Source: Alphaproteobacteria bacterium
GTDB lineage: Bacteria > Pseudomonadota > Alphaproteobacteria > TMED109
Length of the DNA stretch: 64,000 nucleotides
NCBI GenBank assembly: GCA_022825235.1
Contig: JAJDYI010000016.1
Coordinates: forward strand, 3,365-67,364
Direction: 5' to 3'
Shown here piece after piece: positions 45,863-55,134 of this stretch (the stretch's first letter is position 1; each line of letters begins with the position of its first letter). The notes beneath the pieces are model-generated. The model ran no database searches. It was not told where the DNA came from and saw only the letters and a list, made by a program, of their open reading frames with translations. A program made the position numbers and the translations under genes.

Positions 45863-46426
45863 ATGTCGACACTACGACCACGGGATATCGGTACCTTGGC
45901 AGTGACGCTGGCCACGATCGCGCTGCTCGCGGCGCCGGCACCCGGTGGGCCCGCTCAGGCAGCGCAGGATGAGGCGCGGGAACTCGGGTGGGATGATCTC
46001 GCGCCCGCTGACTGGGATCCGCTCGCCGGGCTCGAGGCCCTGGGCGGAGAAGACCTGCAAGGCCTGACCGACGACAGCGATCGGGCTGGGGAGATGCTCG
46101 AGGCCTATCGTGAAGCAGCCCGCTCGGCCCCGGTCGTGGGCGAGCTCGACGGCCAGCGGATCCGGATTCCCGGATACATCGTCCCGCTGGAATTCGACCA
46201 CCTAGTGGTCTCTGAGTTCCTGCTCGTACCGTACTTCGGTGCCTGCATCCACGTACCCCCGCCGCCCGCGAACCAGATCGTCTACGTGACAACGGAAACT
46301 TCATTTCCGACGACGAAGGTCTTCAAACCGGTCTGGGTAACCGGTGTGATCAGGACGCAGGCGTACCTCAACGAGGTCGGCGACGCCGGATACCGGATGC
46401 ACGCGATGAACATCGAGCTCTACTGA
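45863..46426 (+). CDS. DUF3299-like exported protein (ZrgD / PA4066-like)
   Basis: It has a signal peptide (LAVTLATIALLAAPAPGGPAQA) and the hallmark LLVPYFGACIHVPPPPANQIVYV. It starts 2 nt after the permease stop. Confidence 0.75.
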   Translation: MSTLRPRDIGTLAVTLATIALLAAPAPGGPAQAAQDEARELGWDDLAPADWDPLAGLEALGGEDLQGLTDDSDRAGEMLEAYREAARSAPVVGELDGQRIRIPGYIVPLEFDHLVVSEFLLVPYFGACIHVPPPPANQIVYVTTETSFPTTKVFKPVWVTGVIRTQAYLNEVGDAGYRMHAMNIELY

Positions 46427-46548
46427 TCCGGTCCGCCACCTGTGGAAATAGACAGCGGCGCCCGGGCCCTCAGAGGCGGGGGCTGCCGACACGGATATAC
46501 GCTGCCACGTGAGCGTTAGTTGACGGCGGCGCGACGCGGGGCGTCACC

Positions 46549-47043
46549 TCAGGCGTCAGTGACCTCAACGCAAACCGGACACCGGCCCATCACTTCCAGC
46601 ACGTGGGCGCGGAGTTCGAAGTCGGACTCGGCAGCCAGTTCCTGCACCGTGCGACTCAGACTGTCCACGCTCGGTTCGGCAACGATCCCGCACTCCTCGC
46701 ATACCAGCAACACCGTGCCGTGCCCCTCTCCCTGGCTGCTGCAGGCGACATAGGCGTTTCGGCTCGCGATGCGGTGCACCAGACCCATGGTCTCGAGGAA
46801 CGCAAGCGCACGGTAGATCTGGGCCGGGGCCGGTTTTCGGCCCTTCCAGTCGAACCGCTCAAGGATTTCGTAGGCGCCGGCAAGCCGGTGTTCTGCAAGC
46901 AAGAGCTCCAGCACTTGCCGACGGTTGTCGGTCAACCGCTCCTGCTGGCCCCGACATACTTTCTCGGCCCGGGCAAGGCCGGCCGCAATGCACCTGCCGT
47001 GGTCATGATGAGACGACGGGAACAGAGACGATTGGCCTGCCAT
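46549..47043 (-). CDS. zur: Fur-family zinc uptake regulator
   Basis: 164 aa with a winged-helix segment (RRQVLELLLAEHRLAGAYEILERF...IYRALAFLETMGLVHRI), CEECG and a C-terminal CPVC metal site. The genomic context is zinc uptake genes. Confidence 0.85.
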   Translation of the reverse strand: MAGQSSLFPSSHHDHGRCIAAGLARAEKVCRGQQERLTDNRRQVLELLLAEHRLAGAYEILERFDWKGRKPAPAQIYRALAFLETMGLVHRIASRNAYVACSSQGEGHGTVLLVCEECGIVAEPSVDSLSRTVQELAAESDFELRAHVLEVMGRCPVCVEVTDA

Positions 47044-47576
47044 TGTCCTTCCTAGTTCAATGTCTTGCTGGCTTCACCAAGCTTCCAGCTAAGGTGCGCA
47101 CGATACCACGAGTCGAGCCTGTACAACGCGCGGCTCCATATCGTTGCTTCGACCGCCTAAATTCGACCGACAAGCAAGCCGTCGACTTCCCCGCGCTTAG
47201 CTCCGCGTGGCCGGATTGTTCGCGGTGAGGCATCGGGCGACCCGGACCGCACCGCTGGCGTGGCGGTGCACGGAGTTCCGGTCCCGTCGCCACAACGGGA
47301 CGAATGCCGAGAGCGGCGCCCGGGGTGGCCGCGGTTTCTGTCTCGAGCAGGACGGCCACCTTCCAGCACACTTGGGTCAGTGCGAGATGGAGACTCATTT
47401 CTGTAAACTCGTCGGCAGTCTGGATTTCGGTCATGGCATGGACCGGCACCGCCCGCCTTCCTCCGTCCTGACAAGAGCGCTATCAACGTGTTAGGCATTT
47501 GTATCCGTGACAATTGGCGTGGTGAGCCTTACACCTTCTCCACGGATGTTGGCCATCTCTAGCTGGTTAGTGGCCG

Positions 47577-48521
47577 TTGACTGACTCGGGACCCATTGTC
47601 ACGATTTTCGGGGCCGCCGGATTTGTTGGCCGCGCGGTCGTCCGGCACTTCGCCCGGGCCGGGTGGCGTGTGCGTGCCGGCACCCGAAGACCTCAGCAAG
47701 CAGGGTTCCTCCGGACGCTCGGCGACCTCGGCCAGGTCGTGCCCGTCACTGCCGATGTCCGCCTGCCCTCGACGCTCTTGCCAGTTGTGCAAGATGCCCA
47801 GGCGGTCGTGAATCTCGCGGGAATCCTGTCACCCGCCGGGCAGCAGACGTTCGAGGCCGTGCACGTCGAGGGGGCCGCCAATGCGGCCGGTGCCGCCGCC
47901 GCAGGTGGCGCGACGCACTTCATCCACGTGTCCGCCATCGGGGCTGATCCGTCGGCCCGATCGCGGTACGCGCGCACCAAGGGACTGGCCGAGCACCGGG
48001 CCCAGGAGCGGTTCGCCGGCGCTACGGTGTTGCGGTCGAGCATAGTGTTCGGGCCGGAAGACCAGTTCTTCAACCGGTTTGCGGCTGTCATGCGCATCGC
48101 GCCGGCCATGCCGGTACCCGGCGGAGGCCTTGTCCATCTGCAGCCAGTCTACGTGGACGACGTGGCCGCGGCCGTGTTCCGGGCGGCCGCGACGCACGAT
48201 GCGGTCGGACACATGTACGAATTGGGCGGTCCGAGAACACGCTCGCTGATGGATATCCTCCGCTGGACACGCGAACAGGTGAATCGTCGCTGTCTGCTGG
48301 TTCCGGTTCCCATGGCGTTGCTGTGGCCGCAAGCCCTGCTGATGGAATGTCTGCCAAGCCCGCCGCTCACCCGTGATCAGCTCCGTCTCCTGATGACCGA
48401 CAACGTGGTATCCGGAGACGTGGGCACGCTGTCCGACCTCGACATCGAACCAACAGCGTACGAAGGGATCGCCCCAGCGTACCTCGAGCGCTTCCGGCCC
48501 GGCGGCGCAGCGCCGGGTTAG
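47577..48521 (+). CDS. NAD(P)-binding SDR, complex I NDUFA9-like / NmrA-like
   Basis: 314 aa with a TTG start per the track. It has a Rossmann motif IFGAAGFVGRAVVRHF and YARTKGLAE (YxxxK). Confidence 0.75.
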   Translation: MTDSGPIVTIFGAAGFVGRAVVRHFARAGWRVRAGTRRPQQAGFLRTLGDLGQVVPVTADVRLPSTLLPVVQDAQAVVNLAGILSPAGQQTFEAVHVEGAANAAGAAAAGGATHFIHVSAIGADPSARSRYARTKGLAEHRAQERFAGATVLRSSIVFGPEDQFFNRFAAVMRIAPAMPVPGGGLVHLQPVYVDDVAAAVFRAAATHDAVGHMYELGGPRTRSLMDILRWTREQVNRRCLLVPVPMALLWPQALLMECLPSPPLTRDQLRLLMTDNVVSGDVGTLSDLDIEPTAYEGIAPAYLERFRPGGAAPG

Positions 48522-48645
48522 CCGCACCCTGGCGCAGGATCGCGCCGGACGTCGTCGGCGAGCCAGAGCAACCCGCTGGCCGGACACGGCGCCTGGGCAC
48601 TAGAGTGGCCGCTCGACGCGGCGTCAGATCCCGGCGGGGCCTTCC

Positions 48646-49356
48646 GTGTGCAACCTGTACTCCAATACGCTGCCGCAGGAGGCGATGCGCCGCCTCTTCA
48701 GCGCCATCGACCGGTTGGGCAACCTGCCGCCGCTGGCAGCCGTCTTTCCCGATGCCGACGTCCCCATCGTCCGCCTCGGACGGGACGGTCGGCGCGAACT
48801 CGTCTCGGCGCGGTGGGGATGGGCACGCACGGCCCGCGGCTGGGTGACCAACGCACGGAACCTGGAACGAAGCTGGGGCGTCCTGCGGAACGTCGAGCAG
48901 CGTTGCCTGGTTCCGGCGACCGCATTCGCCGAGTACCACCCAACCGCTACCATCCCGGGTGCACGCGGGAGGCCGATCAAGGCCGCAACCTGGTTCCGCC
49001 TGACAGGTGCGACGAATCGCCCCCCGTTTGCATTCCCGGGTTTCTGGCGCCCATGGGACTGGCGCGCCGACGGTCTGCGTACCGCCGCCGACCGCGACCT
49101 CGCCGCCGGCGGCGCGAAGACCCGGGCCATGGTGTTCCTGACCTGCCCCGCCAACGGAGTGGTCCGGCCGATTCATCCGAAGGCAATGCCGGTCGTCCTC
49201 CACACGGAGGAACAGTACGAGACGTGGCTAACCGGCGGTGCCGCCGAAGCGGCGGCACTGCAGCGACCGTTGCCGGATTCCGAGCTGGAAATTGCCTTCA
49301 TCGGTGCCAAGTCGGACGAGCCCGGCGACCCTGCACCTCCAGGGCCCCTCTTCTGA
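48646..49356 (+). CDS. SOS response-associated peptidase (SRAP / YedK-like abasic-site processing protein)
   Basis: It starts MCNLYS, giving the catalytic Cys2. Further motifs are ARWGW, NARNLE, RCLVPATAFAEY and IHPKAMPVVL. Confidence 0.85.
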   Translation: MCNLYSNTLPQEAMRRLFSAIDRLGNLPPLAAVFPDADVPIVRLGRDGRRELVSARWGWARTARGWVTNARNLERSWGVLRNVEQRCLVPATAFAEYHPTATIPGARGRPIKAATWFRLTGATNRPPFAFPGFWRPWDWRADGLRTAADRDLAAGGAKTRAMVFLTCPANGVVRPIHPKAMPVVLHTEEQYETWLTGGAAEAAALQRPLPDSELEIAFIGAKSDEPGDPAPPGPLF

Positions 49357-49459
49357 CAACCTGACGAGTCCATTCAGACACAGGCCCGCGTCGGGACTGC
49401 CCGGGACGGCCCGCCCGATCGCGGCCGGCCGTCGGGCCGGGGCTCGCCTCCATAGCGGT

Positions 49460-50302
49460 TCAGTCGCGCAGGAGTTCGTTCACGGAGGTCTTCGCCCGGG
49501 TCTGGGCGTCAACTCGCTTGACGATCACGGCGCAGGCAAGGGCGGGGCCCGGCTTCCCGTCCCGAAGGGGGTTGCCGGGCAGGGTGCCCGGCACCACCAC
49601 GGCACCGGCCGGAACGCGGCCGCGGACAAATTCGCCGGTGGCGCGGTCCACGACCTTGGTGGACTGCCCGATGAACACCCCCATGGACAGCACCGCCCCT
49701 TCCTCGACGATCACGCCCTCAGCCACCTCGGACCGGGCGCCGATGAAGCAATTGTCCTCAATGATCACCGGCTTGGCCTGAACGGGCTCGAGCACCCCGC
49801 CGATCCCGACGCCGCCCGAGATGTGGCAGTTCCGTCCGATCTGGGCACAGCTTCCGACCGTGGCCCAGGTGTCGATCATGGTCCCGCCGCCCACGTACGC
49901 GCCCACGTTCACAAAGCAGGGCATCAGGACCGCGGCGGGCGACACGTAGGCGGAATGCCGCACGACGCAGCCCGGCACCGCGCGAAAGCCGGCCTGCTCG
50001 AACCGCTCGGCGGTCCAGCCTGCGAACTTCGAATCAACCTTGTCCCACCAGCGCGCGCCGCCGGGCGCACCGGATATGGTCACGGTGGGCGAGAGTCGGA
50101 AGGACAGTAGCACGGCCTTCTTGGCCCATTCGTTAACCTGCCAAGCGCCGGCACGTTTTTCGGCCACCCGCAGTTCCCCTGCGTCAAGCTGCGCCAGCAC
50201 CGCCGTCACCGCCTCGCGGAGCGGCCCCTGCGTGCTGGCGTCGACCTTCTCGCGAAGCTCCCAACCTGCCTCGATCGCTGCTTCCAGTGTGCTGGCGGTC
50301 AT
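49460..50302 (-). CDS. dapD: 2,3,4,5-tetrahydropyridine-2,6-dicarboxylate N-succinyltransferase
   Basis: The ATG at 50302 overlaps the upstream HAD stop (ATGA). The protein has [11 protein letters not shown] and hexapeptide repeats ([40 protein letters not shown]). Confidence 0.9.
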   Translation of the reverse strand: MTASTLEAAIEAGWELREKVDASTQGPLREAVTAVLAQLDAGELRVAEKRAGAWQVNEWAKKAVLLSFRLSPTVTISGAPGGARWWDKVDSKFAGWTAERFEQAGFRAVPGCVVRHSAYVSPAAVLMPCFVNVGAYVGGGTMIDTWATVGSCAQIGRNCHISGGVGIGGVLEPVQAKPVIIEDNCFIGARSEVAEGVIVEEGAVLSMGVFIGQSTKVVDRATGEFVRGRVPAGAVVVPGTLPGNPLRDGKPGPALACAVIVKRVDAQTRAKTSVNELLRD

Positions 50303-50991
50303 GTGCTGGCTCCCCATTGGCGTTCAGCGGCCATTCGTGCCAAGAACCCGACGAGATCGTCAACGACGAAATCGAAGTCGCGCTCGGTCAGGCCGTCCAT
50401 CAGATGCTCCGGCATGTCTCCGCGAATCCAGGCAGTGCGCATACCGAGGTCGGAGGCAGGACGCAGATTGCGCGGGATGTCCTCGAACATCACCGCCCGG
50501 TCAGGCGCCACCCCGTGCGTTTCGACCAAGCGGCGGTATGCGGCGGGCGCGGGCTTGGCCTCGAATTCCGCGTCCCGGATCGAGAAGATCGCGTCGATCT
50601 GCGCCCTGCAGTCGAGCCTGTCCAACACGCGCTCGGCATGCTCGGTCGGCGAGTTGGTGAAGACCATCCTCCGCCCCGGCAGCACGGCCAGCGCGGTTGC
50701 CAGGTCCGGAGACGGCGCAATGGCGGAAAGGTCTAGGTCGTACACGTGGTCGAAGTAGTCCTGTACGTCCACACCGTGGTGGCGGATCAGACCGACCAGG
50801 GTCAGGCCGTAGTCCCGGAAGTACCGGTGTTGCAGCGTCCGTGCCTCGTCGTCGTCAGTGATCGCCAGGCGGTCCTTGAGAAAGTTCCGCATGCGCAGCC
50901 CGCTCTGGCGGGTAATGCCTGCCTTTGTCGGATAGAGCGTGTTGTCGAGATCGAAGATCCAGTACCGCGTGTCGGCCAGCAGCGTACTCAC
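50299..50991 (-). CDS. HAD-superfamily pyrimidine 5'-nucleotidase-like hydrolase
   Basis: The GTG at 50991 overlaps the argB stop (GTGA). The protein has [10 protein letters not shown] (DxDxT), VFTNS and FEDIPRNL. Confidence 0.7.
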   Translation of the reverse strand: MSTLLADTRYWIFDLDNTLYPTKAGITRQSGLRMRNFLKDRLAITDDDEARTLQHRYFRDYGLTLVGLIRHHGVDVQDYFDHVYDLDLSAIAPSPDLATALAVLPGRRMVFTNSPTEHAERVLDRLDCRAQIDAIFSIRDAEFEAKPAPAAYRRLVETHGVAPDRAVMFEDIPRNLRPASDLGMRTAWIRGDMPEHLMDGLTERDFDFVVDDLVGFLARMAAERQWGAST

Positions 50992-51908
50992 TGGTCGCCG
51001 GCTCGTACCATGGTGCCGCCCCCCGCCTCGGTGAACACCTCGACGAGCAGCGTGTGCGCCGTGGTGCCATCCAGAATCGTCGCAGCCCCGACCCCCGCCT
51101 TGACCACGTGCATGCACATTCGCACTTTAGGGATCATGCCGCCGGTAACGATCCCGTTCTCGATCAGGCGCTGCGCTTCGGCCGCGGTGACGGCCGGCAG
51201 CAGCCGGCCGTCGACGCCGCGCACGCCGGGGACATCCGTCAGGACGTAGAGCCGGGCCGCCTGGACGGCGACCGCGATCGCACCGGCAACCGTGTCGGCA
51301 TTGATGTTGAACGTCTCGCCGTCCCGCGACCCTCCCACCGGCGCGATGACCGGCACGACGTCGGATTGACCGAAGAGATCGAGGATCGAACCGTCCACGT
51401 CCACCGGACTGCCGACAAAGCCGTAGTCGAGCGCGCGTTCAATGGTGGACTCGGGATCGCGATCGGCCTTTCGACCCAGCGGTTCCGCGTGAAACAGTCC
51501 GGCGTCCTTGCCCGACAGTCCAACCGCGCGGCCGCCCGCCTGGTTGATGTCGGACACGATCTGCTTGTTGATGCGGCCCGACAGCACCATCTCGACCACC
51601 TCGGCCGTCTGGCGGTCGGTCACGCGGAGGCCATCCACGAACGTGGACTTGATCTTCAGCCGCTCCAGCATCGCGCCGATCTGCGGGCCGCCCCCGTGGA
51701 CCACCACCGGATGAATGCCCACCTGCTTCAGAAGGACGATGTCGCGGGCGAACGCGGACCGGAGGGCCGGATCCCCCATCGCCGCCCCGCCGTACTTGAT
51801 GACGAAGGTGTGGCCGGCATGGCGGCGGGCGTACGGCAACGCCTCCGCCAACGTGGCGGCAACCCGACGCACATCATCGGTGGTGGCAGGCGGTGATCCG
51901 TCGGACAT
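50988..51908 (-). CDS. argB: Acetylglutamate kinase
   Basis: 306 aa: FVIKYGGAAM, VVVHGGGPQIG and the amino-acid kinase fold pattern throughout. Confidence 0.9.
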   Translation of the reverse strand: MSDGSPPATTDDVRRVAATLAEALPYARRHAGHTFVIKYGGAAMGDPALRSAFARDIVLLKQVGIHPVVVHGGGPQIGAMLERLKIKSTFVDGLRVTDRQTAEVVEMVLSGRINKQIVSDINQAGGRAVGLSGKDAGLFHAEPLGRKADRDPESTIERALDYGFVGSPVDVDGSILDLFGQSDVVPVIAPVGGSRDGETFNINADTVAGAIAVAVQAARLYVLTDVPGVRGVDGRLLPAVTAAEAQRLIENGIVTGGMIPKVRMCMHVVKAGVGAATILDGTTAHTLLVEVFTEAGGGTMVRAGDQ

Positions 51909-51917
51909 GCGCGCACC

Positions 51918-52526
51918 CTATTCCGTAACGGCCAAGTCCGCGAGGACCGCGCGCATGGCGTCGATCCCGAGACCCGTCGTGGCCGACGTTACCAGCAGCT
52001 CGGGGAACGCCGCCGGGTGGGAGGCTAGCTCGGCCTCGGTGTCGCGCTGGCGCAGGATGAGCTCAGGGTCCTTCAGCTCGTCGATCTTGGTCAAAACCAC
52101 CTGATAGGCCACCGCGGCGGCGTCGAGGTCCCGCATCACGTCCCGGTCGCGGGCACCAAGCCCCCGCCGTGAATCCACGAGCAGGAACATGCGCCGCAGG
52201 TTCGCGCGCCCACGCAGGTAATCGCGCACCAGTCGGGTCCACTGCCCCACCTTCGACCGTGACGCCCGGGCATAGCCGTAGCCCGGAAGGTCCACCAGCA
52301 TGAGCGCGTCGCCCAGTGCGTAGAAGTGGAGCAGCTGGGTGCGGCCCGGCGTCGAGCTTGTCCGCGCCAGCTGGCGCCGCCCGAGCACCGCGTTGAGCAA
52401 CGTCGACTTGCCTACGTTGGATCGCCCCCCGAAACACACCTCCGGTGCCGCCATCGGCGGCAGGCCGGCGAGATCGGCCACCGCTGCATGGTGTCGCGCG
52501 GCCATCCGCCACAGGTCCGCAGCCAT
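51918..52526 (-). CDS. engB: Ribosome biogenesis GTP-binding protein YihA/EngB
   Basis: PEVCFGGRSNVGKSTLLN (G1), DLPGYGYA (G3) and TKIDE (G4). The ATG at 52526 avoids overlap with yidC, whereas the track ORF starts at 52571. Confidence 0.85.
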   Translation of the reverse strand: MAADLWRMAARHHAAVADLAGLPPMAAPEVCFGGRSNVGKSTLLNAVLGRRQLARTSSTPGRTQLLHFYALGDALMLVDLPGYGYARASRSKVGQWTRLVRDYLRGRANLRRMFLLVDSRRGLGARDRDVMRDLDAAAVAYQVVLTKIDELKDPELILRQRDTEAELASHPAAFPELLVTSATTGLGIDAMRAVLADLAVTE

Positions 52527-52534
52527 GCGACGGA

Positions 52535-54235
52535 TCAGGTCTTGGCGTCCATACGGCGCATGATGACCCACTGCTGGGCAATCGACAGCAGATTGTTCCA
52601 GGCCCAGTACAGCACGAGACCGGCGGGGAACGGCGCGAAGATGAAGACGAAGACGAACGGCAGCGCCATCATGATTCTCGCCTGCATCGGGTCCGGCGGC
52701 GTCGGGTTGAGTTTCTGCTGGAGATACATGGTGGCTCCCATGATCAGCGGCAGCGCACCCACCATGAGAAAGCCGGGCGGCGTGAACGGCAGCAGCCCGA
52801 ACAGGTTGAAGATCGTCGTCGGATCCTGCGCGGACAGGTCGCGGATCCAGAGATAGAACGGCTCATGCCGCGTTTCCAGGGTGACGAACAGCACCTTGTA
52901 GAGGGCGAAGAAAATCGGAATCTGCAGCAGGATCGGCAGGCATCCCGACAGTGGGTTCGCCTTCTCGCGCCGATAGAGCTCCATGACTTCCTGCTGCATC
53001 TTCTGCTTGTCGTCCTTGTACCGGTCGCGAATCTCCATCATCTTCGGCTGCACTTTCTTCATCCTGCTCATGGCCGCGTAGCTGCGGTTGGCGAGCGGGA
53101 AGAGCGCAATCCGCACGCAGACCGTCAGGGCCAGGATTGCGAGACCGACGTTGCCGAGCAGGCTGGAGAACCAGTGGAGCACGTAGAACAGCGGCTTGGT
53201 AATGGGGTAGAACCAACCGAAATCGACGGCCCGGTCGAACAGCGGTATCTCCAGTTCGTCCCGGTATCCGTCGAGGAGGTCAACCTCCTTGGCGCCCGCG
53301 AAGAAATGCGTCGCGTAAGTGGCCTCGCCACCCGCCGGCACCGCCATGGCCGGTCCGAGGAAATCGACCTGGTAGCGTTCGCCGCCATCGGGCCGGGCCG
53401 GCGCGGAAAAGCGCGACCGAAAGCTGGTCGTCCGGTCGGGCACGAGGGCCGTGAGCCAGTACTTGTCGGTGATGCCGATCCAGCCGCCGGTGCTCTCGAA
53501 GGTCTGGGGCGGTTCATCGAGTAGATCGTCGTAGTCGACTTCCTCCAGGGTCTCGTTGAAGACGCCGAGCGGCCCCTCGTGGAGGATGTAGAAGCCGACG
53601 AGGTCCGGCAGCTCATCGCGCCGGACGAAGCCGAACGGGTGAAACGCGAGCTCCTCGGCAGTCGGGTTGGCGATGGAGAGAGTCACCCGGAAGAGATAGT
53701 TCTCATCCAGCTCCAGGGTCTGCCGGAACACGACCCCGGCGTCGTTGGCCCAGCGGAACGTGACCGGTTCCCCGGCATCCAGTTGCCGGCCGTCCTCCGC
53801 CACCCACAACGAATCGGGCCCCGGCACCTCGGTGACGCCGCCGGCGGCGTTGACCCAGCCGAACTCGGCGAAGTACGGCATCGGCCCGCCAGCGGGCGAG
53901 AGCAGGACGATCTCCTCGCTCCCACCCACCTCCTGGCGGTAGCCAAGCAGCGTCAGATCGTCGAGCCGGAGGCCCTGCAGCGCGATCGATCCGGCCACTC
54001 GGCCGCGGTCGCCGTCCGGATTGACCGGGAAGCGCGCCGATTCCGCCAGCGCTTCGGATCGGTCAGCCGGCACCTGGAGCACCGGCACCGGGACGGCGTC
54101 CGGACCGGGGCGTCCGTCCGCGTCGGTCGCGGGGGGTGGCGGTGGCGGTGGCTCGTTGGGAAACAGCGCCTGGAACACGAACAGCACGACAATCGACAGG
54201 ACGATCGCCAGCAACAGGTTCTTCTGGTCGGTCAT
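52535..54235 (-). CDS. yidC: Membrane protein insertase YidC
   Basis: 566 aa with an N-terminal TM helix (LLLAIVLSIVVLFVF), a large periplasmic domain and the conserved C-terminal core (NVGLAILALTVCVRIALFPL ... GCLPILLQIPIFFALY). Confidence 0.9.
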   Translation of the reverse strand: MTDQKNLLLAIVLSIVVLFVFQALFPNEPPPPPPPATDADGRPGPDAVPVPVLQVPADRSEALAESARFPVNPDGDRGRVAGSIALQGLRLDDLTLLGYRQEVGGSEEIVLLSPAGGPMPYFAEFGWVNAAGGVTEVPGPDSLWVAEDGRQLDAGEPVTFRWANDAGVVFRQTLELDENYLFRVTLSIANPTAEELAFHPFGFVRRDELPDLVGFYILHEGPLGVFNETLEEVDYDDLLDEPPQTFESTGGWIGITDKYWLTALVPDRTTSFRSRFSAPARPDGGERYQVDFLGPAMAVPAGGEATYATHFFAGAKEVDLLDGYRDELEIPLFDRAVDFGWFYPITKPLFYVLHWFSSLLGNVGLAILALTVCVRIALFPLANRSYAAMSRMKKVQPKMMEIRDRYKDDKQKMQQEVMELYRREKANPLSGCLPILLQIPIFFALYKVLFVTLETRHEPFYLWIRDLSAQDPTTIFNLFGLLPFTPPGFLMVGALPLIMGATMYLQQKLNPTPPDPMQARIMMALPFVFVFIFAPFPAGLVLYWAWNNLLSIAQQWVIMRRMDAKT

Positions 54236-54480
54236 GGCCGGCGGGGCTCAGCCTCGGGAACCGGGTCGAAGCCGCCGTCGGCCCAGGGATGGCAGCGGAG
54301 GATACGCCGCAGCGCGAGGCCGGAACCGCGCAAGGCGCCGTGGCGGCGCAGCGCCTCGAGGGCATAGCCGGAGCACGTCGGTGCGTAGCGGCACGCGGGT
54401 GCGAGCACCGGGGAGACGAGGAGCCGATAGGCCGAAATCAACACGCAGAGCGCCCGCACCGGAACACTCGGTTTGCTCAC
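54232..54480 (-). CDS. yidD: Membrane protein insertion efficiency factor YidD
   Basis: The GTG at 54480 overlaps the rnpA stop (GTGA): LISAYRLLVSPVLAPACRYAPTCSGYALEAL..HG...G..L...RILRCHPW. The stop overlaps the yidC ATG. Confidence 0.85.
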   Translation of the reverse strand: MSKPSVPVRALCVLISAYRLLVSPVLAPACRYAPTCSGYALEALRRHGALRGSGLALRRILRCHPWADGGFDPVPEAEPRRP

Positions 54481-54833
54481 GATCGGTTCCCTCCCCTGCC
54501 GTGAACTCTCGCCAGCACGTCGGCCAGATCCTCGCGAAGCTGATCCCACGGGCGGTCGCCAGTCTCCCGACGGGCGATAAGCACGTAGTCGCGACCGGGG
54601 ATCGCGAGCTGCGGAAGCAGGCTGTCTGCCAAGGCGACGAGGCGACGCCGCGCCCGGTTCCGCTTCACCGCATTCCCCACCTTGCGACTCGCCGTAAACC
54701 CCACGCGCACCACCGAGCCCAGTCCGTTCGGGGCGGTCTGCAACACGAGCCCCGGTGCGGCGCCGCTCCGGCCCCGGCGGCGCAGCCGCAGGAAGTCCTT
54801 CCGATACCGAAGCCTCGGAAGCGGACGTTCCAC
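54477..54833 (-). CDS. rnpA: Ribonuclease P protein component
   Basis: 118 aa, basic, with a GTG start: RVGFTASRKVGNAVKRNRARRRL (RNR motif). Confidence 0.85.
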   Translation of the reverse strand: MERPLPRLRYRKDFLRLRRRGRSGAAPGLVLQTAPNGLGSVVRVGFTASRKVGNAVKRNRARRRLVALADSLLPQLAIPGRDYVLIARRETGDRPWDQLREDLADVLARVHGRGGNRS

Positions 54834-54837
54834 CCGG

Positions 54838-54972
54838 TTATGCGGTCAGCTTCTTGCGGCCCCTGGCGCGTCGGTTGGCCAGCACCCGGCGGCCTGCCTT
54901 GGTCGCCATGCGGGCGCGAAACCCGTGCCGTCTCTTGCGCACAAGCCGACTCGGTTGGTACGTGCGTTTCAT
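54838..54972 (-). CDS. rpmH: 50S ribosomal protein L34
   Basis: Not in the track (44 aa). My translation is [49 protein letters not shown] lies upstream of the ATG at 54972. Confidence 0.9.
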   Translation of the reverse strand: MKRTYQPSRLVRKRRHGFRARMATKAGRRVLANRRARGRKKLTA

Positions 54973-55134
54973 GAACTGTCTCCGGAGCTTCACCCGAGCC
55001 CGGTCCGCCGTGGCTCAACCGCATCAAGGGCGACGCAAGCCGTATAGAACGGTGCTCCCGCCCGAGTCAAACGCGCGGGTCCGGCGGACGGGCCGCACAT
55101 CGTGGCTGGCAAGCCGTCCCACCCGGGGGCATCG

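Noticed and set aside
47057-47449. 130-aa reverse-strand ORF next to zur.
   Set aside because: The composition becomes Arg/Pro/Gly-rich and junk-like after about 40 residues. It has no motif and no RBS, so I treat it as non-coding.
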